NCBI GenBank assembly: GCA_050951805.1
Contig: JBMNJT010000002.1
Location: 1,024,001 to 1,088,000 of the forward strand
Reading direction: 5' to 3'
DNA: 64,000 bases
DNA from: Bacillota bacterium
GTDB taxonomy: Bacteria; Bacillota; DTU025
A model generated the notes under the pieces. It was given only the letters and a program-made list of their open reading frames with translations, did not search any database and was not told where the DNA came from. Positions 1-8,409 of the stretch are shown here, in pieces (within the stretch, counting starts at the first letter, position 1; each line of letters begins with the position of its first letter). The translations under genes were made by a program, and so were the position numbers.

Positions 1-50
1 GCGAGTTAACCCCTCGTCCCTTGGACGGGGGGCTTTATCTTTTCTGTTTT
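1..50 (+). promoter_or_regulatory. 3' end of the T-box riboswitch leader of ileS (antiterminator 3' strand and terminator), truncated by the window start
   Basis: Window starts with GCG, the expected tail of T-box GGTGGNACCGCG. It continues with CCCTCGTCCC, hairpin CCCCTCGTCC-ctt-GGACGGGGGG and a T-rich tail, directly upstream of an aminoacyl-tRNA synthetase. Confidence 0.75.
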
Positions 51-99
51 GGGCTGCTACATGTCCGTGACACAGAAGACAAGGAGGTTATGTCTGCGA

Positions 100-3000
100 A
101 TGTTCAAGAAAGTCGATTCGGCTATGGACTTCCCTCGAATGGAAGAAGAGATACTGGAGGTTTGGCGGGAAGAAAAGATATTCGAGAAGAGCGTCGACCG
201 GAGGAAAAAAGGCCCTGGGTTCGTCTTCTACGAGGGGCCCCCAACAGCAAATGGTCTGCCCCATCCAGGACATGTTCTTACGCGCGCCATGAAAGATGTC
301 GTACTTCGCTACAAAACCATGAAAGGCTTCTACGTGCCACGCAAGGCAGGCTGGGATACTCATGGTTTGCCTGTTGAGCTCGAAGTTGAGAAGGAATTAG
401 GCATAAGTGGCAAGCCCCAGATTGAGGAGTATGGGGTAGAGGAGTTCGTCCAGCGGTGCAAAGAGTCGGTCTTCAAATACGAAAGCGAATGGCGTCGCAT
501 GACTGAAAGGCTAGGCTTTTGGATAGACATGGACGACCCTTATGTGACTTTCCATGATCAGTACATCGAATCTGTCTGGTGGGCTGTGAAGACTATCTGG
601 GACAAGGGCCTCATGTACCACGGATACAAGGTGGTCCCCTATTGTCCCCGATGCGGCACTGCGCTATCCAGCCATGAAGTGGCGCAAGGATACAAAGAGG
701 TTGAAGAGACATCCATTTTCGTGAGGTTCAAAGTCAAGGGCGAGGAGAATGTATCGCTTCTGGCATGGACGACTACGCCGTGGACTTTGCCGTCTAGCGT
801 GGCATTGGCTGTGTCGGCTGACTATGATTATGCCTATGTCGAGAGGGATGGGGAAACGCTCATACTCGCAAAGGATTTGGTCGAGGCGAGGGTCAAAGGC
901 GATTACAGAATCGTGCGGGTGGTCAAGGGGTCCGAGCTTGTGGGCATGGAATACGTGCCTCTTTACACGTATGAGAATCCTGAAGCGCCTGCCTACATGG
1001 TTGTAGAGGGCGACTTCGTCACTCTTTCAGAGGGCACGGGAATTGTCCACATAGCACCTGCGTTCGGCGAAGACGACATGCGCGTTGCACAGAACAATGG
1101 CTTGCCCATAATACAGCTAGTGGATTCCCAAGGCAGATTTGATGACAGGGCTCGTGATTGGAGCGGGATGTTCGTAAAAGATGCGGATCCTCTGATTGTG
1201 CAAGATCTTAAGGTGCGCGGCCTTTTGTTTGAAGAGATGGACTACACACATAGCTACCCCTATTGCTGGCGATGTGATACGCCGCTGCTCTATTACGCGC
1301 GGGGCTCTTGGTTTATACGCATGTCTGACCTGCGCGAGCAGCTATTGGCTAATAACGCCAAGATCAGTTGGTATCCCGAGTATATACGGGATGGCAGATT
1401 CGGCAACTTCCTTGAAAACGCCATTGATTGGGCGGTCAGCCGTGAGCGCTATTGGGGAACGCCGTTGCCGATCTGGGTATGTGAGGAGTGTGGCCATGAA
1501 CACGTCGTTGGCAGTGTTGAAGAGCTGAAGAGCATGGCGAAATCGTTGCCCGACCGTTTAGAGCTGCACAGACCGTACATCGACCAGGCAGTTTTGGCAT
1601 GCCCCGAGTGTGGAGGAGATTCCAAACGTGTGCCTGAGGTAATGGACTGTTGGTTTGATTCTGGCTCTATGCCGTTTGCGCAATGGCACTATCCGTTTGA
1701 AAATGCTCAAGCTTTCTCTGCAGCCTTTCCGGCGGATTTCATAACCGAAGCGGTGGACCAGACCCGCGGATGGTTCTACACGCTCTTGTCCATCTCCACG
1801 CTCCTGTTTGACAGGCCTCCCTTCGAGAACTGCGTCGTGCTCGGGCTTGTTCTGGATGAGGCAGGGCTCAAGATGAGCAAGAGCAAAGGCAATGTGGTGG
1901 ACGTATGGAAGCTCTTTGATGATCATGGAGCAGATGCCGTAAGGTGGTATCTGTACACAGTGAACGCGCCATGGAACCCGACGAGATTCTACGAGGATGG
2001 AGTTATCGAGGCCAAACGCAAATTCATGGGGACCCTATGGAACGTATACGCGTTCTACGTGCTATACGCGAACATCGATGAATTTGATCCTAGCCAATAC
2101 CATGTTGCCCCCGAGGATCGCTCTGTGATAGATAGGTGGCTCCTGTCGAAGCTATCCGGGCTTGTGGGCGAAGTTACAGAGGCGATGGACTGCTATGACA
2201 TCACAGCGGCCGCGAGGCGAATCGAGCAGTTCGTGGACGATCTATCCAATTGGTATGTGCGCAGATGTCGTCGTCGATATTGGGCAAGCGAGATGACCGT
2301 CGACAAGCAAGCCGCATATCTCACGCTCCACGAGACTCTGATAACCATCGCCAAGCTGATTGCGCCGTTCACACCTTTCTTGGCGGAGGAAATATTCACC
2401 AATCTAGAACCTGGCTCAGGAAGCGTACACATGCAGGACTATCCTAAAGCAGACGAATGGGCGCGCGATGTCGATCTGGAAAGACAGATGGATCTGGCCA
2501 GGCAGGTTGTGTACTTGGGCAGGGCGGCTCGCAACGAGGTGAATATCAAGAACAGGCAGCCCCTGTTGAAAGTAGTTGTAGGTGTCACTCCAGAGGAGAA
2601 AAAAGATCTCAGGTTGGTTGAAGATCTTGTCAAGGACGAGCTGAACATAAAGAGACTGGAGTATGCTCAGGATATGAGCGAGTTTCTTTCGTATAGAGTG
2701 AAACCAAGATATGATCTTCTGGGACCGAAGCATGGCAAGTTGATGAAGGCGATTGCCGAAGGCATCGCCGAAGCAGATGCTTCGCAGATAGCTGGAAAGG
2801 TTCTAAAAGGGCGCGAGTTTGGATTGGTCTTGAGCGATGGGACTGAGGTATCGATCCTTCCTGAAGAAGTGTCCATTCAAACTGTTGCTGCCGAGGGATA
2901 CTACGTACAGTCCGAGGGCGGACGAGCGATAGCCCTCGACACAGTCATCACTGAGGAGCTCAAGCTGGAAGGGTTCGCAAGAGAGCTAGTAAACAAGATC

Positions 3001-3222
3001 CAGACGACCCGCAAGGAGGCGGGATTTGACGTGTCTGACCGCATTTGCACAGTGATCTCGGGTGGGCCCGACTCCATGCGCGCGCTGGAGGTTCACAGGG
3101 ATTATCTCATGAAGGAGACGCTCTCGGTTTCGCTTGCCCATGGCGAGCCTGAAGGGGAGTACGTGCGTGAATGGGACGTCAATGGCGAGAAGGTGGCTAT
3201 AGGTGTTAGAAGGGCGAGTTGA
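100..3222 (+). CDS. ileS: Isoleucine--tRNA ligase, type 2 (archaeal/eukaryote-like IleRS2)
   Basis: FYEGPPTANGLPHPGH, GWDTHGLPVE, WTTTPWTL, DWAVSRERYWGTP and KMSKS; type-2 C-terminus EGFARELVNKIQTTRK. SD AAGGAGGT at 81-88 supports ATG 100. Confidence 0.97.
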   Translation: MFKKVDSAMDFPRMEEEILEVWREEKIFEKSVDRRKKGPGFVFYEGPPTANGLPHPGHVLTRAMKDVVLRYKTMKGFYVPRKAGWDTHGLPVELEVEKELGISGKPQIEEYGVEEFVQRCKESVFKYESEWRRMTERLGFWIDMDDPYVTFHDQYIESVWWAVKTIWDKGLMYHGYKVVPYCPRCGTALSSHEVAQGYKEVEETSIFVRFKVKGEENVSLLAWTTTPWTLPSSVALAVSADYDYAYVERDGETLILAKDLVEARVKGDYRIVRVVKGSELVGMEYVPLYTYENPEAPAYMVVEGDFVTLSEGTGIVHIAPAFGEDDMRVAQNNGLPIIQLVDSQGRFDDRARDWSGMFVKDADPLIVQDLKVRGLLFEEMDYTHSYPYCWRCDTPLLYYARGSWFIRMSDLREQLLANNAKISWYPEYIRDGRFGNFLENAIDWAVSRERYWGTPLPIWVCEECGHEHVVGSVEELKSMAKSLPDRLELHRPYIDQAVLACPECGGDSKRVPEVMDCWFDSGSMPFAQWHYPFENAQAFSAAFPADFITEAVDQTRGWFYTLLSISTLLFDRPPFENCVVLGLVLDEAGLKMSKSKGNVVDVWKLFDDHGADAVRWYLYTVNAPWNPTRFYEDGVIEAKRKFMGTLWNVYAFYVLYANIDEFDPSQYHVAPEDRSVIDRWLLSKLSGLVGEVTEAMDCYDITAAARRIEQFVDDLSNWYVRRCRRRYWASEMTVDKQAAYLTLHETLITIAKLIAPFTPFLAEEIFTNLEPGSGSVHMQDYPKADEWARDVDLERQMDLARQVVYLGRAARNEVNIKNRQPLLKVVVGVTPEEKKDLRLVEDLVKDELNIKRLEYAQDMSEFLSYRVKPRYDLLGPKHGKLMKAIAEGIAEADASQIAGKVLKGREFGLVLSDGTEVSILPEEVSIQTVAAEGYYVQSEGGRAIALDTVITEELKLEGFARELVNKIQTTRKEAGFDVSDRICTVISGGPDSMRALEVHRDYLMKETLSVSLAHGEPEGEYVREWDVNGEKVAIGVRRAS

Positions 3223-4060
3223 TCTGCACTGTCATACTACAAAGTCAGACGGTACGTTCACGCCCACTGAGTTGGTTGGCGAGGCCGCCCGCCGCGGCCT
3301 CGCCGCCGTTGCCATAACAGACCATGATTGTGTGGACGGCATAGGGGAAGCGCTTGAGGCGGTTGAGGAGAATTGCGTTGATGTTGTGCCCGGCGTGGAG
3401 ATATCCACTGATGTCAGTGATGGCGAGATCCACATACTGGGGTTTTTCATAGACTACGAAGACGAGGATTTGCTGAAATTCCTGGAAGCACAACGAGAGA
3501 GTAGGGTTCGGCGTGTGGAGCGGATGCTCAGAAAGCTTGCGGCTCTCGGAATCGATCTGAGCATGGAAGACGTGTTAGAGCATGCGGGTGATGGCGCAGT
3601 CGGCAGGCCCCATATAGCGGCTGCAATGGTCAAAGCGGGCTACGTGCTCAGTTGGGATGAGGCGTTTGCGCATTACATAGGCCTTCATGCGCCAGCCTAT
3701 GAAAGCAGGTCCAAATTGACTCCCTATGAGGCGATAGAGGCCGTTCTGGCTGCGAAAGGAGTGCCTGTTCTAGCTCATCCAGGCCTTTCAGGAAAAGACG
3801 ATATGATACCTTCTTTGGTGGAACACGGGCTTGAGGGAATCGAAGCGATCTATCCCCAGCACACTTCGGGGCAGCAGGAACATTACCAGAGAATAGCGCG
3901 TGAATATGGGTTGTTGGTTACTGCGGGGTCAGATTGTCATGGACCCTACTCACAGTCGGGGGTTGTTCTCGGATCCGCAACAACCGATTACGAGGTCGTG
4001 CTGAGACTTTATGAGCGTGCCAGGCGTACGCAAGCTATGATCTGCGAGAAGAGGACATGA
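3203..4060 (+). CDS. PHP-domain protein (TrpH/YciV-like phosphoesterase/nuclease)
   Basis: DLHCHT..SDG, AITDHD, PGVEIS, HILG, GRPH, LAHP and GSDCHG motifs. Confidence 0.9.
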   Translation: MLEGRVDLHCHTTKSDGTFTPTELVGEAARRGLAAVAITDHDCVDGIGEALEAVEENCVDVVPGVEISTDVSDGEIHILGFFIDYEDEDLLKFLEAQRESRVRRVERMLRKLAALGIDLSMEDVLEHAGDGAVGRPHIAAAMVKAGYVLSWDEAFAHYIGLHAPAYESRSKLTPYEAIEAVLAAKGVPVLAHPGLSGKDDMIPSLVEHGLEGIEAIYPQHTSGQQEHYQRIAREYGLLVTAGSDCHGPYSQSGVVLGSATTDYEVVLRLYERARRTQAMICEKRT

Positions 4061-4064
4061 ACGC

Positions 4065-4087
4065 CAGCATGGATTGAATCCATGCTG
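4065..4087. repeat. Perfect 11-bp inverted repeat
   Basis: CAGCATGGATT-G-AATCCATGCTG immediately after the PHP stop codon. Confidence 0.7.
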
Positions 4088-4113
4088 TCTACCACCATGA
4101 TGGGAAACATATG

Positions 4114-4140
4114 AAAAACGCCCCCCTGTAAGGGGAGCGT
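4114..4140 (-). terminator. Rho-independent terminator of rpmB
   Basis: On the minus strand ACGCTCCCCT-taca-GGGGGGCGT followed by a T-run. Confidence 0.65.
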
Positions 4141-4190
4141 CAAATGATTGCGCCTTTGTTGATAATCTAGGGGGTTGGGGGGGGTTGGGG

Positions 4191-4382
4191 CTAGATGGCC
4201 CGGGTTACCTTTCCCGACCTGAGGCACCTGGTGCAGACTTTTATCCGGCGAGTGCTGCCATCAATCTCTGCCCTAACTTGATGGAGATTAGGATACCATC
4301 TGCGCTTGGTCTTGATCTCCGAGTGGCTGCGGGAGTTTCCTGAAACGGGGCCCTTGCCACATATATCGCATACTCTGGCCAT
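4191..4382 (-). CDS. rpmB: 50S ribosomal protein bL28 (Zn-binding form)
   Basis: [34 protein letters not shown]; SD GAGGAG upstream on the minus strand. Confidence 0.97.
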   Translation of the reverse strand: MARVCDICGKGPVSGNSRSHSEIKTKRRWYPNLHQVRAEIDGSTRRIKVCTRCLRSGKVTRAI

Positions 4383-4420
4383 AATAATTCCTCCTCAAGT
4401 TCCTAAAACGCACAAACTAA

Positions 4421-4449
4421 ATGATAGCATACGCAGAGGGGCTGCGCAA
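4421..4449 (-). promoter_or_regulatory. SigA-type promoter of rpmB
   Basis: Minus strand TTGCGC-17 nt-TATCAT with extended -10 TG. Confidence 0.55.
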
Positions 4450-4469
4450 GAGGATTGTAGCGGGTCTGA

Positions 4470-4497
4470 GAAGGAATATCCAGTGGGCGCGAAGAAT
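4470..4497 (+). promoter_or_regulatory. SigH-type promoter upstream of asp23-fakA
   Basis: GAAGGAATA-N12-GAAGAAT is an exact match to RNAGGAWWW-N11/12-RNNGAAT. Confidence 0.6.
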
Positions 4498-4564
4498 ACA
4501 GAAAAAATGTTCACTCGTGTGGAGCTCGATTCGCAGGTTGCAGGTGAGCATTGGGGGTTTCATG

Positions 4565-4942
4565 ATGGGAAAAGAAATAAGTACAGAACTTGGCCAGATC
4601 ACCATAGCAGACGAGGTTATAGCCGCCATAGCGGGTATGGCTGCAACCGAGTGCTATGGGTTAGTGGGAATGGCGTCTCGCACTTTTACTGATGGAATTG
4701 CAGAACTCCTGGGGATGGACAACATAGCTCGAGGAGTTGAGGTCGATGTGCAGGGCGACAATGCAACGATTGATCTTTATATTATTGTAGAATACGGCAC
4801 CCGTATCACTGAGGTGGCCAACAATGTAATGGATAAAGTAAAGTACATTCTGGAGACTACCACAGGCCTCAATATACCTGAAGTCAACGTTACTGTTCAT
4901 GGTGTCAGGGTGGGTGCAGGCGGAAAGGAACGGCAGAAATAA
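4565..4942 (+). CDS. Asp23/Gls24 family protein (YloU-like)
   Basis: ELGQITIADEVIA..AATECYGLVGMAS..IIVEYGTRI; sits between rpmB and the DAK2 gene. Start is 4562 or 4565. Confidence 0.92.
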   Translation: MGKEISTELGQITIADEVIAAIAGMAATECYGLVGMASRTFTDGIAELLGMDNIARGVEVDVQGDNATIDLYIIVEYGTRITEVANNVMDKVKYILETTTGLNIPEVNVTVHGVRVGAGGKERQK

Positions 4943-6639
4943 TGTCTGGAACGAAGCAGAGTCAGGCCTCGCATATGAAGACGATTGATGGGGCGGCCCT
5001 TGTTGCTGCCTTCGAGTCTGGCGTGGCATGGCTTGGTGTGAATAAGAGCCTGGTCGACTCATTGAACGTATTTCCGGTCCCAGATGGCGATACCGGAACT
5101 AATATGTACCTTACAGTCTCTGCTGCGCTAAAGGAAGCGGAGAAGGCAGGTTCGGCATCAGTGGGAGACGTGGCTGATGCCATAGCTTTAGGTTCTCTCA
5201 TGGGGGCCAGAGGCAACTCGGGGGTCATACTCTCTCAATTGCTTCGGGGATTCGCCAAACGCCTTCATGGCCTTGCGTCGGCCAATCCGGCAGATTTGGC
5301 ATCGGCTTTCCAGGAAGCTTCCAATGTTGCTTACAAAGCAGTCATGAAGCCAGTGGAGGGCACGATTCTTACTGTTGCGCGGACAGGCGCCCACGGTGGA
5401 GTTCAAGCAGCCAAGAACGGCGCTGACATCCTTGGAGTGATCGACGAGGCATTGCGCCAGGGCGAAGCTGCGCTCGAGAAGACGCCTGAGATGTTGCCTG
5501 CATTGAAGGAAGCAGGCGTTGTTGATGCCGGAGGCAAGGGGCTTATTATATTCGTCCAAGGGTTTATGAAGGGCCTCATGGGAGAGCCGGTAGAGCCTGC
5601 TGCCTTGGTGCATGCTGAAGCTGAGACGGCGTTGAAAGTTGCCAGAGAGCCTATGGCTGTGAAGCAAGAGATCAAGTATGCCTACTGTACTGAGTTCATA
5701 ATTCGTGGAAACGGCCTCGATCCTGAGAAGATAAAGAGCCGGCTTCTTGCCGAAATTGACGGAGATTCCATGTTGGTCGTCGGGAACGAAAACACAGTTA
5801 AGGTGCATATGCACAGCAATGTGCCTGGACGGATTCTCGAGATCGGCATTGGGTATGGCTCGCTTCACGAAATAGACATAGATAACATGGAGGACCAGCA
5901 CGAAGAGTTCGAGGAAATGAGCGGTGCGGAAAACGGAGTGTTCCCGCATTCCAGCGAAAAAGAGCCCTACGAGCTGAAGGATGTGGGCATCGTTGCCGTG
6001 GCGGCCGGGGATGGTGTAGAGAAGATACTGCAGAGCCTTGGCGCTGATGTTGTGATAACCGGTGGGCAGACAATGAACCCAAGCATTCAGGATATCGTTG
6101 ATGGGATACGCGAAGCCCATGCCAAAGACGTCATCATTCTTCCTAATAACGGGAATGTGGTTCTCACTGCCCGACAAGCTGCCGAGGTGCCTGATATCGA
6201 AGCGAGAATACACGTGGTGCCGAGCAAGACAATACCCCAAGGCTTAGCTGCGCTCTTAGCCATGACGCCGTATACTTCTGTGGAAGACAATGTCGCGAAG
6301 ATGAACGAGGCTATCGGCAAGGTAGTGAGCGCCGAGATCACGTATGCAGTGCGCGACTCTACGTTCAATGGAATAGAGATCCGCGAAAACGACATAATTG
6401 GCATAGTTGACGGTGACATTCAGGTTGTTGGCGAAGACGTGGACGAAGTCGTCCGCAAGGTTTTCACGGAAATGTACTCTGAAGAACACGAAATCGCCAC
6501 TATCATCTACGGGTTCAGTGTTACTGAGGAAGAAGCGGAGTCGCTCGCGGATAGCTTGGCAGAGGAATACCCTGACATCGAGTTCGAAGTGCAATATGGC
6601 GGTCAACCGCTTTACTATTACCTTATCTCTATTGAGTGA
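4942..6639 (+). CDS. fakA: DAK2-domain fatty acid kinase catalytic subunit (YloV/FakA)
   Basis: LNVFPVPDGDTGTNM, GARGNSGVILSQ, KPVEGTILTV, GVVDAGG, YCTEF, GGQTMNPS and GGQPLY. Confidence 0.95.
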   Translation: MSGTKQSQASHMKTIDGAALVAAFESGVAWLGVNKSLVDSLNVFPVPDGDTGTNMYLTVSAALKEAEKAGSASVGDVADAIALGSLMGARGNSGVILSQLLRGFAKRLHGLASANPADLASAFQEASNVAYKAVMKPVEGTILTVARTGAHGGVQAAKNGADILGVIDEALRQGEAALEKTPEMLPALKEAGVVDAGGKGLIIFVQGFMKGLMGEPVEPAALVHAEAETALKVAREPMAVKQEIKYAYCTEFIIRGNGLDPEKIKSRLLAEIDGDSMLVVGNENTVKVHMHSNVPGRILEIGIGYGSLHEIDIDNMEDQHEEFEEMSGAENGVFPHSSEKEPYELKDVGIVAVAAGDGVEKILQSLGADVVITGGQTMNPSIQDIVDGIREAHAKDVIILPNNGNVVLTARQAAEVPDIEARIHVVPSKTIPQGLAALLAMTPYTSVEDNVAKMNEAIGKVVSAEITYAVRDSTFNGIEIRENDIIGIVDGDIQVVGEDVDEVVRKVFTEMYSEEHEIATIIYGFSVTEEEAESLADSLAEEYPDIEFEVQYGGQPLYYYLISIE

Positions 6640-6653
6640 AAGGGGGATGAGTC

Positions 6654-6878
6654 ATGTCTCGGCTTGCTGCAATGACGGACAACAGTTGCGATGCTTCCTC
6701 CAACACCATGTTGGACGATGAAAGCTGCATTGATACGGTGGAATCAGAGAGCTTCGAGTTGCTCAAGGCGCCTAGGTCCATTCGTAGGCTTGTCGAGGCG
6801 TGGGATTCACGGTGCTGGTCATTGTCGAGAACGTATTGGGGTCGGGAGCTGCAGCTGAGGCTCGGCTCAATAGCATAG
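6654..6878 (+). pseudogene. Probable decayed DegV/FakB (fatty-acid binding protein) remnant
   Basis: Good SD and position right after fakA. Collinear DegV-like fragments MSRLAAMTDNSCD, DESCIDTVE, PRS and SLSRTY, but only 74 codons. Confidence 0.55.
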
Positions 6879-6887
6879 TCAAGTAAG

Positions 6888-7457
6888 ATGCGTGTTATTG
6901 GAGGCATTGCAGGAGGTCGCCGGTTGGCTACGATCAGGGGGCGCAACATTAGACCTACCTCTGACCGTGTGCGCGAGGCGATCTTCAATATTATTGCCGA
7001 TCGCGTTGAGGGCTGTGTCGTACTCGATCTTTTCGCGGGCGTGGGAAGCCTTGGTATTGAGGCGATATCGCGCGGAGCAAGGCACTGCGTGTTTGTTGAC
7101 AAGGACCATGCTGCTTGTGGCGTCATAAAAAGAAATCTGGATGACTTGGGCTTTGAGGAGGCGTCGACAGTTGTAGAGGCCGACGCGTTCCGCGCCATCG
7201 GTGCGGGTAGGGGACCTGTATCAGAGAAGGCGCCATATGATCTGGTATTCGTGGATCCACCGTATGCTATGGAGGCTTCTGAAAAGTTGTTGTCCCTTAT
7301 CGAGAATGCGCGAATTCTCGCAGGAGATGGCCTAGTTCTCGTAGAACACTCATCACGGGATATCGCTCCATATGGATCCTCAAGGATGACAATGGTGAGG
7401 CAGGAGCGCTACGGAGATACCGAAGTCAGTTTCTATATGTTCTCGTCGGAGGGATAG
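6888..7457 (+). CDS. rsmD: 16S rRNA m2G966 methyltransferase
   Basis: MRVIGG..GRRL..RPTSDRVREAIFN, LDLFAGVGSLGIEA.SRGA and DPPY. Confidence 0.95.
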   Translation: MRVIGGIAGGRRLATIRGRNIRPTSDRVREAIFNIIADRVEGCVVLDLFAGVGSLGIEAISRGARHCVFVDKDHAACGVIKRNLDDLGFEEASTVVEADAFRAIGAGRGPVSEKAPYDLVFVDPPYAMEASEKLLSLIENARILAGDGLVLVEHSSRDIAPYGSSRMTMVRQERYGDTEVSFYMFSSEG

Positions 7458-7460
7458 CTG

Positions 7461-7946
7461 TTGACCCTTGCAGTATGCCCAGGCAGTTTCGATCCGGTAA
7501 CTATGGGACACCTTGACATTATAACGCGTGCAGCATCGATCTTTGATAATGTTATTGTCGCGATACTGGAAAACCAGGCTAAAGACCACATGTTCTCCCT
7601 GGAAGAAAGGTTGGAGATGTTGAGGGTTGCTTGTGCCCATCTCCCCAATGTGCAGGTTGATCATTTCGAAGGGCTTTTGGTCGACTACGTGCGGGCTTGT
7701 GGTGCACATGTCGTCATAAGAGGCCTTCGCGCAGTGTCGGATTTCGAATTCGAGCTGACTATGGCGTTGATGAACAGAAAACTCGATCCGTCCATAGAAA
7801 CCATGTATATAATGACATCTATGGAATACTCATTCCTCAGCTCAAGCATTGTCAAAGAAGTAGCAGGCTCTGGAGGAGACATTCACGGCCTGGTGCCTGA
7901 GCCATTGGTGGAACGCGTGTCGGCCAGGTGTAGGAGGAAGGGGTAG
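7461..7946 (+). CDS. coaD: Phosphopantetheine adenylyltransferase
   Basis: PGSFDPVTMGHLDII, RGLRAVSDFEFE and SSSIVKE. Confidence 0.97.
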   Translation: MTLAVCPGSFDPVTMGHLDIITRAASIFDNVIVAILENQAKDHMFSLEERLEMLRVACAHLPNVQVDHFEGLLVDYVRACGAHVVIRGLRAVSDFEFELTMALMNRKLDPSIETMYIMTSMEYSFLSSSIVKEVAGSGGDIHGLVPEPLVERVSARCRRKG

Positions 7947-7950
7947 GATT

Positions 7951-8400
7951 ATGATCAAACAATCGGTTGTTGAATGCCTGAATCGGATGGAGACGATAAT
8001 CGAATCCAGCGGAAAGCTGCCTTTTTCGGGAAAACGTGCTGTTGACGGAGTAGAGCTTCTCGAGCTTATCGACAGGATACGGATTGCGCTGCCTGAAGAG
8101 ATGAGGCAGACAGAGGCCCTGATAGCCGAGAGAAGCCGGTTGGCTGCCGAGGATGGCGTTGGGATCGCATCAGCACAGGCTTCTGGCGCCGATGGAGAGG
8201 TCTTTGCCAGCGCGAGGGAGGAGGCGGAGGTGCTGTTGATGCGTGCAGAACGTGAAGCTATGGAGATTAGGCTTGGAGCGGACGATTATGCCGAGGCTAC
8301 CCTCGCTTCTCTTCAAGAAACTCTGGATAGAACATCGTTTGTAGTAAGAAAAGGCATAGAAGAGCTGAGGCGCAGGAAGGACAATCCCGAGGCCAGGTAA
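7951..8400 (+). CDS. Conserved coiled-coil protein commonly found downstream of coaD (often auto-annotated ATPase or ATP synthase B-like)
   Basis: E..KLPFSGK..VD..ELLELIDRIR..LPEE and GADDYA..L patterns; synteny. Confidence 0.75.
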   Translation: MIKQSVVECLNRMETIIESSGKLPFSGKRAVDGVELLELIDRIRIALPEEMRQTEALIAERSRLAAEDGVGIASAQASGADGEVFASAREEAEVLLMRAEREAMEIRLGADDYAEATLASLQETLDRTSFVVRKGIEELRRRKDNPEAR

Positions 8401-8409
8401 TTCGATTGC

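Noticed and set aside
5188-6240. 350-aa antisense ORF within fakA (similarly 43660-44652 in dxr and 34804-35682 in hslVU)
   Set aside because: No SD or domain evidence; fully explained by the sense-strand genes
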